This document shows, piece by piece, positions 1-9,319 of a stretch of DNA of 39,639 bases; within the stretch, counting starts at the first letter, position 1; each line of letters starts with the position of its first letter. The DNA is taken from the NCBI GenBank assembly GCA_038242345.1, contig JBBSSF010000001.1:1-39639 (forward strand). The letters are read 5' to 3'. Source of the stretch: Hyphomicrobiales bacterium. Its GTDB lineage: Bacteria; Pseudomonadota; Alphaproteobacteria; Rhizobiales; Segnochrobactraceae. The notes below the pieces were generated by a model, which worked only from the letters and a program-made list of their open reading frames with translations, ran no database searches and had not been told where the DNA came from. Made by a program: the position numbers and the translations under genes.

Positions 1-141
1 ATACCAAAGAGTCCTCTTCGAGGATCTTTGGGATCAGTCGACAAAGCCCCGCTGCCGGGTGAAGTAGCCGCTCTCAGGCACCGGCCGCAGGGCCACGGCC
101 GGGGTACCGCCATAGAGCATGCCCGGCTCGGTCATCGGCCG
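1..141. repeat. Terminal direct repeat (copy 1) of a circular contig; assembly overlap
   Basis: Bases 1-141 are identical to 39499-39639, and the junction falls inside a repeat element and a CDS that continue across it. Confidence 0.95.
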
Positions 142-702
142 GCCCAGCACCGAGCCCGCCGCCAGGATGGACTGATCCGGCAGCACCGCCCCTTTCAGCA
201 GGATGCAGCCGGTGCCGACAAAGCAGTAGCGGCCGATGCTGACCGGCGCGCAGCTCTGGCGGCTGCTGCGGAAGTCGATGGCGTGGGTGAGGATCTGGGA
301 GCGGAAGCCGGCGAAGGTGGCGAAGGCGCCGATGGTGACCCGGTCGGTGCAGTCGATGAGATGGCGGGAGGTGATGGCGGACTGCGCCTCCAGGACCAGC
401 GCCGGGTCCCGGTCGGGCACATGGCGGAAATGGACGGCGCCGGATTGCGGAAAGCCCGTGACCCAGTTGAGGTTCCCGAGGATGGCGCCCTCCCCGATCT
501 CCACCCGGCTGAGCCCCTTGATGAGGGTCAGGTGACCGATGCGGGCGCCGGAGGCGAGCCGGCAGGCGCCGACCCGCAGCAGGCTGAACCCGATATGGGC
601 ATCCGGGGCGATGTCATAGCCGAAGGCCATCGCGAGGGCGCGCCGCCGGAGCGGCCAGGGCAGGAGGAAAAAGAACAGCTGCAGCAGGAGAGCGCCCATC
701 AT
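34..702 (-). CDS. Hexapeptide-repeat (left-handed beta-helix) O-acyltransferase
   Basis: Hexapeptide repeats (VTIGAFATF, VSIGRYCFVGTGCILLKGAVL, AAGSVL, YGGTPA). Start placed at ATG 702, which overlaps the upstream GT2 stop (TGATG). Confidence 0.85.
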   Translation of the reverse strand: MMGALLLQLFFFLLPWPLRRRALAMAFGYDIAPDAHIGFSLLRVGACRLASGARIGHLTLIKGLSRVEIGEGAILGNLNWVTGFPQSGAVHFRHVPDRDPALVLEAQSAITSRHLIDCTDRVTIGAFATFAGFRSQILTHAIDFRSSRQSCAPVSIGRYCFVGTGCILLKGAVLPDQSILAAGSVLGRPMTEPGMLYGGTPAVALRPVPESGYFTRQRGFVD

Positions 703-1502
703 CAGCCCCGCTTGCGGATGCGACCGCGAAGGATGCGCTCCGCCGTCGGGAGCGGATGCAGGACGTGCTTGCACAGGCGCAGGGCCTGCCCGATCGGCGG
801 ATCATACCAGCGCGGCGCGCGCTGCATGATCTTCTCGAAACAGCGCCGCCCCCAGAGCGCGATCAGCGCATCCAGACGGTCGGTGTTGGTGATGCTGGTC
901 TCGTGGAGACGGTAGCAGCTCAGGAATTCGTTGCAGATGCCGAAGCGGGCGCCACTCTGATACAGGTCGATCAGCAGCTCCCCGTCCCAGTTGCTGCGGT
1001 TCTCGATGTTGAAGCCGCCGCTGCGCTCGAAGGCGGCGCGGCGGATGAAGGTGGACGGCTGGATCTGCACCGCGGCGCCATAGGCGACGAACAGCGGCCG
1101 GAAGGCTTCCGACCACACCCGCCGCAGCCGGTTGTCGTCGCCATCGGTCACCCAGCCATGACCGCACACCACATCATATTCGGGATGGGCGGTCAGGAAG
1201 GCCGCGACCCGGCGGAGGGCGTCGGGCTCCAGCAGGTCATCCGAATTGAGATAGGCGAAGATATCGCCGGTCGCCCGCGCGAAGCCGCGATTGAGACCAT
1301 CCGCCGGCCCCTTGTCCTTCTCATAGACGACATGGGCGATGCGGTCCCTGTATTTCTCGATCAGCTCGCGGCTTCCGTCCGTTGATCCTGGATCGACGAC
1401 AATATATTCGACGTCAACGCCTGTCTGGGAGAGCACGGACTGAATGGTCCGCTCCAGAAATTCGACCTGATTGAAGGAAATGGTGACAATGGAAAATTTC
1501 AA
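702..1502 (-). CDS. Glycosyltransferase family 2 (WcaE-like)
   Basis: KFSIVTISFN, IVVDPGSTDGS, GLNRGF and YLNSDD (DxD) motifs; TTG start overlaps the upstream stop. Confidence 0.92.
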   Translation of the reverse strand: MKFSIVTISFNQVEFLERTIQSVLSQTGVDVEYIVVDPGSTDGSRELIEKYRDRIAHVVYEKDKGPADGLNRGFARATGDIFAYLNSDDLLEPDALRRVAAFLTAHPEYDVVCGHGWVTDGDDNRLRRVWSEAFRPLFVAYGAAVQIQPSTFIRRAAFERSGGFNIENRSNWDGELLIDLYQSGARFGICNEFLSCYRLHETSITNTDRLDALIALWGRRCFEKIMQRAPRWYDPPIGQALRLCKHVLHPLPTAERILRGRIRKRG

Positions 1503-2101
1503 TTTGGATTTCCAGATATGCGAGAGCGCGTGAAGACGGGGCGCTGTGAAATGGGGGTGGCCGGATTACCGAGATAGACGGTCCAGGGGTCGAGATTGCG
1601 GAAGGCCGCGGCGCGCGCGCCGAGCACGGCGCCATCTCCGACCGTCACCCCCGGGCCGACAAAGGCCTCGGCCGCTATCCAGGTGTCGGCGCCGATATGG
1701 ATCGGCCGGGCGAAGATCTGGAAATTCGGGTGGCGGATGTCATGGGTGCCCGTGCACAGGAACGCCCCCTGGGACACGACCGCATGATCCCCGAGGCTGA
1801 CCGGCCCCATGGTGTAGCAGTCGACGCCGGGACCGAGGGTGGCCGCCGGGGCCATGGTCAGGTTGGGCGGATACCAGATGCGGACGCTGCCATAGACGAA
1901 GCAGGAGCGGTCCACCCGGCCGCCGAAGAGGTTGATGAGGAAGATCCGCCAGCGGTGCAGCGGCGGCGGCGTCCAGGCGGCCAGAAGCGCCCAGACGACC
2001 CGCCAGAGCAGCCGCACGAGCCGGTGGCGCAGGCTGAACGAGGGCGCGCCCTGGAAGGTGTTGCCCTCCGCGCCGGCATTCATGAAATCGGTTGGTGCCA
2101 T
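1499..2101 (-). CDS. wcaF: WcaF-like polysaccharide O-acetyltransferase
   Basis: VRIWYPPNL, VSQGAFLCTGTHD, WIAAEAFVGPGVTVGDGAVLGAR and GNPA motifs; GGAGG RBS before ATG 2101. Confidence 0.85.
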   Translation of the reverse strand: MAPTDFMNAGAEGNTFQGAPSFSLRHRLVRLLWRVVWALLAAWTPPPLHRWRIFLINLFGGRVDRSCFVYGSVRIWYPPNLTMAPAATLGPGVDCYTMGPVSLGDHAVVSQGAFLCTGTHDIRHPNFQIFARPIHIGADTWIAAEAFVGPGVTVGDGAVLGARAAAFRNLDPWTVYLGNPATPISQRPVFTRSRISGNPN

Positions 2102-2288
2102 GGGTCCTCCGGACCGTGCAGGGCTGCCTTCAAGAGGCCGGCGACCGTCCGTCATTTCCTGAAGCCGCACGCCGGCCCCCTTCGGGCAGCGTCCCGGCCT
2201 GGCACGACGACGGCGATCTGTCGGAAGAGCGAGAGCCCTTTCAATGCGGCGTGGAGGCCGGGGTGCCTGAGGAAACGGCCTCGTCTCA

Positions 2289-2302
2289 GACCAGGCGCAC
2301 GA
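2289..2302 (+). repeat. Truncated left end of the 124-bp element
   Basis: TCA followed by GACCAGGCGCACGA matches the element's left terminus and target triplet; similarity then stops. Confidence 0.55.
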
Positions 2303-2528
2303 GCGGAATTCGGTCGCGCGAGGCGGACGATCCGACAGAAAGCAAGGATGGAAAAGAATAGAGATCGCAGTCTGCGAAACATAAAAGCCGCCACGACCCG
2401 ATGAACCAAGGATGGCCGAACGAAAGCTGGATCATTCCCCAATTGCAAAGACGTGACAAGACGGATGTCGACCGGCCCGGGACATGTGCAACCGGCAAAT
2501 TGTCTCGCAGGGAGCAGCATCGCGCCTA

Positions 2529-3506
2529 TCAGGCCTCCGCCTTGCGCAGGGCATTCCAGGCGTCGCCGATCATCGTCGCAAGCTCCGACCGCTTCGGCCG
2601 CCAGCCGAGTTCGAGGGAGGCCCGGTGACTGCCGGAGACGAGGCGCGCCGCATCGCCCGGCCGGCGCTCGGCCAGAACGAACGGGATCGGCTCGCCGATG
2701 ATGTGCGCGGCGTGATCGATGACCTCGCGCACGGAAAAGCCGTGTCCGCTGCCCAGGCAGTAGACATTGCTCCGCCCGCCCCCTTCCAGCCATTTCAGGC
2801 CGAGCAGATGGGCATCAACGAGATCGCTCACATGAATGTAGTCGCGCACACAGGTGCCATCCCGGGTGTTGTAATCATTCCCGAATATCATCAGATGGGG
2901 CCGCTTTCCCTGCACGACTTCAAGGATGATGGGAATGAGATGGGTTTCCGGATCGTGGTTTTCCTTGATGTCTCCATCCGGATCGGCGCCAGCGACATTG
3001 AAATAGCGGAAGATGACGAATTTCAGCGCGTGGGCGGCGCCGAAGCTGTGCAACATGTCCTCGATCGCGCGCTTCGAGGCGCCATAGGCATTCAGCGGGT
3101 GCTGGGGCGTGGTCTCGTCGATCAGCACCCCGTCATGATCGCCATAGATGGCGCAGGTCGAGGAGAAGATGAACTGCCGGCAGTCCGCCGCAATGGCCGC
3201 CTCGATCAGGTTGAGCGACAGCGCCGTGTTGCCGCGCCAGTATTTTCCGGGCTCGCGCACCGCCTCGCCAACCTGGCTGAGGGCGGCAAAATGCATGACC
3301 GCCTGCGGCTGCCAGCGCCGGAAGACATCATCGAGCCGCGCCCGGTCGGCAAGATCGCCGAATTCGAACGGGCCAAACCGCACCGCATGTTCCGCACCGG
3401 TGACCAGATTGTCGTAGGTGACCGGGAGGTACCCGGCCCGGCTGAGGGCCTTGCAGGCATGAGACCCGATATATCCAGCCCCTCCGGTCACGAGAATGGC
3501 CTTCAT
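2529..3506 (-). CDS. galE: UDP-glucose 4-epimerase
   Basis: TGGAGYIGSH Rossmann motif, YGASK catalytic motif, FRYFNVAGA and DGTCVRDYIHV. Confidence 0.95.
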   Translation of the reverse strand: MKAILVTGGAGYIGSHACKALSRAGYLPVTYDNLVTGAEHAVRFGPFEFGDLADRARLDDVFRRWQPQAVMHFAALSQVGEAVREPGKYWRGNTALSLNLIEAAIAADCRQFIFSSTCAIYGDHDGVLIDETTPQHPLNAYGASKRAIEDMLHSFGAAHALKFVIFRYFNVAGADPDGDIKENHDPETHLIPIILEVVQGKRPHLMIFGNDYNTRDGTCVRDYIHVSDLVDAHLLGLKWLEGGGRSNVYCLGSGHGFSVREVIDHAAHIIGEPIPFVLAERRPGDAARLVSGSHRASLELGWRPKRSELATMIGDAWNALRKAEA

Positions 3507-3619
3507 CTCACCTATCCCCGCCTTTCATAAAAAATAAAATATTTCCGTTCGTCTCAACTGGATTCGCCCGTTCGACGGGAATGATGAAATTGAAAGAAAA
3601 CTGACAGAGCGATATATCA

Positions 3620-3742
3620 TACCAGGCGTACGAAGTGCTGACCGCACCGTGCGCCTGAAGGATAGCAGATTTCTCACATGCCCCAAGGACATGAGAAATA
3701 TGTGTCGGAGTACCAAGGAGTCCTTTTCGAGGATCTTTGATA
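3620..3742 (+). mobile_element. 124-bp three-hairpin MITE-like element (123 bp copy)
   Basis: TACCAGGCG...CTTTGATA with TCA on both sides (3617-3619, 3743-3745). Confidence 0.88.
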
Positions 3743-3804
3743 TCATATCGGTCCGGCGCGGAACCATAGAAGACGGGATCGGAAACGGACAAAGAAGACA
3801 CTTC

Positions 3805-5043
3805 TCAGGGCGTCCCGGTGGAACGGATACTCAGGTCGTCGAACCAGATCTGTCCCTGGATCTCCTGATCCAGGGATGCCGGCGCCTCGATGCGAAGCTG
3901 CAGGGTCTGGGCCGGACAGTCGGTCTGCGGAACGGTGACGGACAGGGAGAATTCACTCCACGGACGGGTACCCTTGAGGGGGGGGCTGCGGGCAAGACGG
4001 GTGTCCTTCGGCCAGACACAGCGCACCTCCCAGAGCAGCCCGAACATGGTTTCGAGGTCCTGGGCCCGCGCCCGCCACGACAGCTCATAGCTCCCGGGGG
4101 CAAGCGCCAGCAGCTGCGAGACGGGCTGAACGCGCAGCCGGCCGCCGGCAAAGGAGATCCGCAGGGCCTGCCCGGAGACCGGATCGCTGGACGGCACGAT
4201 GCGGATTTCCGCGTTGGAGGATGACTGGAGCTGCCAGTCAAAGGGCTTGTCGACCGGCTCGTGCTCGAAGTCGCCATTGACCAGAAGCGGTGCCTCTGCC
4301 GCCGCGTCCGGCCGGCTGCGCCACACCTTGATGGCCCGGGCATAGTCCTGTTTCGCAACGAGCTGCTGCACATAGAACTGAATGTCCCGTTTGGCCGGCG
4401 GCGTGCCGGCCGCGGACATCTCCTGGAACAGCCTTTCCAGAAGGACGCGGCTCTCCGGCTGCGCCATCAGGAAACGGAAAAATTCCGTCCGCCACGGCGG
4501 CTCCGTGCCCAGACGGGCCACCAGGCGGGCGCGGAAGCCCGGATCGGCGGCAAGCTCGGCCAGGGTCGTGAGGAAGGCGGGCTGGATGGGCCGGTTGCTG
4601 CGCATCACCCCGTCCAGGCTGTCGAGGGCCCCGGCCAGATCGCCGGTGCGAAGCTGAAGCTGGATGAAGCCGGCCTGGAGCGCCACATCCTGCCGGGTGC
4701 GCGCGGCCGCCAGCCGCAGGAGCGCATCGGCCCGGGCCGGATCCCCGCTCCACTCCGCAAGGCGCGCCAGCAGGGCCAGCGCCCGGTAGGACAGGGGGTC
4801 GCCGATGAAGGCCCGTGTCGCAAGCGCCGTGGCGCCGTCGAGATCGCCGGTCTCGATGCGGTCATCGGCCAGGAGACGGAGCGCCTCGGGATCCCCGGCG
4901 CGCCAGGAGAGGGCCCGCGCCGGATCCTCCGGCAGCGCCTGCCGGGCCCGGTCGATCGACAGGGCCGTCCATCCGGCCCAGGCCCCGGCACAGGCCAGAA
5001 CACCGCCAAGCAGGACGTCGCGCCGGCCAAGGGGTCTGATCAT
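3805..5043 (-). CDS. Membrane-anchored protein with helical (TPR-like) region and C-terminal beta-rich, carbohydrate-binding-like domain; polysaccharide-export accessory
   Basis: N-terminal hydrophobic segment, Ala/Leu-rich helical repeats, then LVNGDFE...FDW...IWFDDLSI; last gene of the wza-wzc run. Confidence 0.6.
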   Translation of the reverse strand: MIRPLGRRDVLLGGVLACAGAWAGWTALSIDRARQALPEDPARALSWRAGDPEALRLLADDRIETGDLDGATALATRAFIGDPLSYRALALLARLAEWSGDPARADALLRLAAARTRQDVALQAGFIQLQLRTGDLAGALDSLDGVMRSNRPIQPAFLTTLAELAADPGFRARLVARLGTEPPWRTEFFRFLMAQPESRVLLERLFQEMSAAGTPPAKRDIQFYVQQLVAKQDYARAIKVWRSRPDAAAEAPLLVNGDFEHEPVDKPFDWQLQSSSNAEIRIVPSSDPVSGQALRISFAGGRLRVQPVSQLLALAPGSYELSWRARAQDLETMFGLLWEVRCVWPKDTRLARSPPLKGTRPWSEFSLSVTVPQTDCPAQTLQLRIEAPASLDQEIQGQIWFDDLSIRSTGTP

Positions 5044-5088
5044 GACGGGATGCGCCTTCTGGATGGGATCAGCGGATCTTCGGCCTCA

Positions 5089-5212
5089 TCCCGAAGATCC
5101 TTGAAAAGGACTCTTTGGCAGTCCGGTGCAGATTTCCCATGCCCCCTGGGGCATATGAGAAATCCTCTAAACGTCAGGCGCTTGGGTGCGGTCACCACTT
5201 ACGTGCCTGGCA
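5089..5212 (-). mobile_element. 124-bp element (diverged copy; supplies the stop codon of the J-domain gene)
   Basis: Reverse-complement match to all three hairpin modules; flanks TCA and TGA are not identical. Confidence 0.85.
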
Positions 5213-5879
5213 TGAGGGAGCCGACATCCCGCCCCTCCACCCGGACGGCCGCTGCGCGCGACGTGCCGGCCGACCAGAGACAGAAGGACAGCAGCGCCAG
5301 GAGCAGGAGGCCGCCGGCAAGGCCCAGCGCCAGACGGAGAGCGCCGGCACGGGTCAAGGAATAGCGTGTCCGGACCGCGGCTGTCTCCGTGACCTGATGC
5401 CGGATCCAGCGCACCGGATGCTCCCAGGCCCGCTTTTCCCGGCGTCCCGGCCGCCGTGCCGGGCAGGCGCCGGCGGCCGGATGCCGGAGGCGCAGATCTT
5501 CCCAGGCCGCCAGAACCCGCAGGATCAGCGCACTTTCCCAGCCATTCCGGTTGATGTCGGGATGCAGCCACAGGGAGAGCAGGCGCTTGTTGCGGTTGAT
5601 CTCCTCCCAGCCGGCCCCCGGCTCGACGCCGAGCAGGCGATGACTGTCCGCGCCGGCAAAGAGAACCACCTGCTGCAGATAGAGCCGGGCGATGGTGCAG
5701 GCGTCCCGGCGCGAGCAGGTGAAGCGGACGGCAATCTCCTCCACCACGGGCTCGATACCGGCCGCCACCTGCAGGACCACCAGCATGTCCCGGGGCAGCG
5801 GGCGGGTGCGCAGCCGTCCGGCAAGGGCCGGCATCTGCGCCAGCCCGAACGCTGCGTCGATTGCACTCGGCCCGCCCAT
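5199..5879 (-). CDS. J-domain (DnaJ-like) protein with C-terminal transmembrane helix
   Basis: HRLLGVEPGAGWEEINRNKRLLSLWLHPD resembles a J-domain with HPD motif; hydrophobic LALGLAGGLLLLALLSFCLW; ATG 4 bp after the wzc stop. Confidence 0.7.
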   Translation of the reverse strand: MGGPSAIDAAFGLAQMPALAGRLRTRPLPRDMLVVLQVAAGIEPVVEEIAVRFTCSRRDACTIARLYLQQVVLFAGADSHRLLGVEPGAGWEEINRNKRLLSLWLHPDINRNGWESALILRVLAAWEDLRLRHPAAGACPARRPGRREKRAWEHPVRWIRHQVTETAAVRTRYSLTRAGALRLALGLAGGLLLLALLSFCLWSAGTSRAAAVRVEGRDVGSLMPGT

Positions 5880-5883
5880 GGCT

Positions 5884-8238
5884 TCAGCTTTCCGTCTGCC
5901 GCCCCGCCTTTCCTTCGGCCGCCGCGGCCTCCTCCATGAGCGCCGGATGGGCGCCATAGGCATGATAGCTGTCGCCGCCATAGCCATAGCCGTAGCCATA
6001 GCCATAGCCATAGGTGGCATGGCGGATGTCGAACTTGGTCAGGGTCACCCCGAGAAGGTGGGCCCGGCCATAATTCAGGTTCTTGACGGCGACCCGGGCC
6101 ACGTCCCGCCGGGTCTGGGCCGCGGCGACGATCAGCAGGGTGGCCTCGGTGAGGCTGGCCAGCAGCGGCGCATCGGCCAGCCCCATGACCGGCGGCGAGT
6201 CGATCACCACCATGTCGAACTGATTGAGGGCCAGGCCGAGCAGCGCCACCATGCGCGGCCCGGCAATCAGCTCGGCCGGATTGGGCGGCAGCGGCCCGGA
6301 GACCATTACCGACAGGTTGTCGTACTCGCTCGGACGCACGGCATCCTGGGGGTTGATCTGCCCGGACAGGTAGGTGCTGAGGCCGACCCCATTGTCCATG
6401 CGCATCTTCTTGTGCAGCGATCCGTAGCGCAGGTCCGCGTCGATCAGCAGCACCTTCTGGCCGAGCTGGGCGAAGTTGCGCGCGATCGCCAGCGCCGAGG
6501 TCGACTTGCCGTCGCCCGGCCGCGGGCTGGTGACCAGAAGGCTCTTCGGGGCGCCGCTGGCGGTCGCGAACTGCAGCGTCGTGCGCAGCGACCGGTAGGC
6601 CTCCGACACCGCCGACCAGGGATCGGCAAGGGCATCTTCCAGATCGCCGCTGTCCTTCGGCCGCGGGATCATGCCGATCACCGGAATGGACAGGGCCGCC
6701 TCGACCTCTTCCGGCATCTTCATGGTGTCGTCGAGATATTCGAGCGCGAAGATCAGCAGGATCGCCACACCGAAGCCGGAGAGAAGCGCGACGGCCAGGT
6801 TGATCGACAGCTTCGGATAATAGGGCGCCCCCGGCAGCAGCGCCCGGTCGACGAAGGAAATGTTGTTCGTGCCGATGCCGCCGGCGACGCCGATTTCCTT
6901 GTAGCGCTGCAGCAGGCCATCATAGAGCGTGCGGTTGGTATCGACTTCCCGCTTGAGGAAGCCATACTGGATGCCACGATCGCGCATCAGCAGGGTTTCC
7001 GCCTTCAGGGCGTCGAGCTGGTCCTGCAGCACCTGCTCGGTGCGCACGGAAATCTCATATTCCTGCCGGATGCTTTCCTTGCTGTCGTCGATCAGCTTGC
7101 GCATCTGCGCGTCGATCTCGTCCATGCTGGCCTTCAGCACCAGCATGTCGGGATAGTTGGGCTTGTAGATCTTGAGCTTCTGCTGATATTCGGCTGACAG
7201 GGTAATATACTGCCCCCGTAACTTGCCGATCGCCTCGTTGCCGGCAATCCGGGGCAGGGCGTCGCCCCCCGGCGATTGCGCCACCTTCCACAGCTCCTCA
7301 AGCCGGTGCCGCTCCGAGGAGGCCTGCACAAGCGCCGTATTGATCGTCGCGAGATTGTCTTCCGTCAGCGTGCGCTGCTGATCCGTCGAATAGATCTGCT
7401 GCTCGCGGGCATAGGCCACCAGCTGGGTTTCGGCCTCCTCCATGCGGATCTTCAGCTGCTGGAGGCGTTCCTCCAGGAATTTCCGCGCATAGGACGAGGC
7501 TTCATAGCGCCGGTTGAGATTGGCGGAGATATAGTTCTCGGCAATGCCGTTGGCGATGCGCTGGGCGAGTTCCGGATCGGGGCTGGAGAAGGTGACCCGG
7601 ACCAGGGAGGAGCGTCCGACGGAATCCACCGTCAGGCCATCGAGGACGCGATTGATCGCCTGCTCCCGTCGCGCCTTGAGCTCATCCTGCGGCGTCGGCT
7701 CGGCCGGCGCGTTCGGGTTGATAAGGGAGACGACATAGCCGCGGATCATCGCGGTCAGGGACGGCTTCTCCGCCGCATTGAAATTCCTGTCGTTCACCAG
7801 GTCCAGATTGGTGACGACCTGCTCGGCAAGCGAGCGGCTTTTCAGAATTTCATACTGGGTAAAAAGATAACCTTGGTTATTCAGATTAGCTGAATCATCA
7901 ATGGCTCCGACATTGACGATCTTCGCCTCTTCCTGATTGATCTGCAGCGTCGCGCTGGCCTGGTAAAGCCGCGTCAGAGACTGCGTATAGAAATAGGCGA
8001 CGAGCATGAACAGGATCGGAATGAAGATCAGGATCTTCTTCCGCTTGAGCAGGAGACCGACATATTTGCGGATATCCACCCCGACCGTCTGATCCGGGAA
8101 GGCATCGAACGCCCCGTCGCCATGACCGACCACGCCCCGGGGGGCATGGTGAGCGAGCGAATGCGCACTCTCCGGGTCTGGCCCGAGCCTGTTGACTGCA
8201 TTACCCACGGAGCGGAGTCCCCATAACTCTTTCTGCAA
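5884..8238 (-). CDS. wzc: Polysaccharide co-polymerase / tyrosine autokinase (Wzc/GumC/ExoP family)
   Basis: Two TM segments around a coiled-coil periplasmic domain, Walker A SPRPGDGKST, LIDADLR, VIDSPP and C-terminal Tyr cluster; exact start uncertain. Confidence 0.93.
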   Translation of the reverse strand: MQKELWGLRSVGNAVNRLGPDPESAHSLAHHAPRGVVGHGDGAFDAFPDQTVGVDIRKYVGLLLKRKKILIFIPILFMLVAYFYTQSLTRLYQASATLQINQEEAKIVNVGAIDDSANLNNQGYLFTQYEILKSRSLAEQVVTNLDLVNDRNFNAAEKPSLTAMIRGYVVSLINPNAPAEPTPQDELKARREQAINRVLDGLTVDSVGRSSLVRVTFSSPDPELAQRIANGIAENYISANLNRRYEASSYARKFLEERLQQLKIRMEEAETQLVAYAREQQIYSTDQQRTLTEDNLATINTALVQASSERHRLEELWKVAQSPGGDALPRIAGNEAIGKLRGQYITLSAEYQQKLKIYKPNYPDMLVLKASMDEIDAQMRKLIDDSKESIRQEYEISVRTEQVLQDQLDALKAETLLMRDRGIQYGFLKREVDTNRTLYDGLLQRYKEIGVAGGIGTNNISFVDRALLPGAPYYPKLSINLAVALLSGFGVAILLIFALEYLDDTMKMPEEVEAALSIPVIGMIPRPKDSGDLEDALADPWSAVSEAYRSLRTTLQFATASGAPKSLLVTSPRPGDGKSTSALAIARNFAQLGQKVLLIDADLRYGSLHKKMRMDNGVGLSTYLSGQINPQDAVRPSEYDNLSVMVSGPLPPNPAELIAGPRMVALLGLALNQFDMVVIDSPPVMGLADAPLLASLTEATLLIVAAAQTRRDVARVAVKNLNYGRAHLLGVTLTKFDIRHATYGYGYGYGYGYGGDSYHAYGAHPALMEEAAAAEGKAGRQTES
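5977..6012. repeat. Hexanucleotide tandem repeat (GCCATA)x6 encoding the (YG)6 tyrosine cluster of Wzc
   Basis: Five exact GCCATA copies and one GCCGTA. Confidence 0.9.
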
Positions 8239-8982
8239 CTACCATTTGGCCAAAGCGATAAACAAGCCGGCGATCGGCACCAGATCGCGAATGTCGCGCA
8301 TGATGACCCGGGACGCCGAGGTATCGACGACGATGACATCGCCAGACTGCAGCATCGGATCCGTAGCCAGACCATTGCTGATGCTCTTGACGTCGAAGCG
8401 CGCAACCTGCCGCGCATTTCCACTCGTGCGGAATACAAATACATCCGCTATGTCGGCAATGGCGGTAAATCCGCCGCCCAGGGCGATCGCCTGCATGAGC
8501 GTCGTCTCGCGGGCGAACGGAAAGACCCCGGGACGATTGACCTGACCGGTGACGGTGATGCGCCGGTTTGAATATTCTCTTACGGAAACGGTCACCTGCG
8601 GGTTCTGGATATAGTCGGCGGCAAGGCGGCGCTCGATATCCTTCTGCAGCTGGTCGGTGGTCATCCCGGCCGCATGGATGAGACCGATCAGCGGCAGGGA
8701 AATCATGCCGCTCTGGTTCACTTCCACGCTGCGGTCCAAGTCCGGAATCTGAAAAACCGAAACGTCGAGCTTGTCGGTCGGCATGATCCGATAATTCTCG
8801 GTTGCCTCCGATGTCGGCAGGAAAGACAGATCCGTCCGTTGAGCGGCAGACGCCGGCGCCGGGTTGCTCTGGGCAACACGCGCACTTGGCCCCGCCGGAG
8901 TATCCTGCGGGGCGGTCGAATTGCAAGCGACCAAAAATGACATCATCATCAAGATAAAGAAATGTCTTTTTATCTTAACCAT
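8239..8982 (-). CDS. wza: Polysaccharide export lipoprotein (Wza/GumB family)
   Basis: Lipobox FLVAC, poly_export motif GMISLPLIG...YIQNPQVTV, SLBB motifs TLMQAIALGGG and LQSGDVIVV. Confidence 0.92.
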   Translation of the reverse strand: MVKIKRHFFILMMMSFLVACNSTAPQDTPAGPSARVAQSNPAPASAAQRTDLSFLPTSEATENYRIMPTDKLDVSVFQIPDLDRSVEVNQSGMISLPLIGLIHAAGMTTDQLQKDIERRLAADYIQNPQVTVSVREYSNRRITVTGQVNRPGVFPFARETTLMQAIALGGGFTAIADIADVFVFRTSGNARQVARFDVKSISNGLATDPMLQSGDVIVVDTSASRVIMRDIRDLVPIAGLFIALAKW

Positions 8983-9319
8983 GACACCATTCTCGCCCTC
9001 AACGCCAAAACACATTTGAGACATAACATCAATATTGCACTGCAATATGCAGTTATCGGGCAATGCACGACATCAGCAAAGTCAATTCTCTATTATTTAG
9101 AACAGCGGCATGACATTTACTTTCCAGTAAAAGAACGGATTGATTTATACTCACAATTGCAAATAATATTTTTGTTCTCGCAGAAATACCATGAACCAAA
9201 GGCCATTGAAAGACCCGTCCGGACTGCCCTGACAGCATCCGGGGCGCCGGCCGATCAGATTTCCTCCCGTCAACTCCGTGGGAACGCCTCTCCTTCCCCG
9301 ATCGGAGAGGTTGCGGCGC

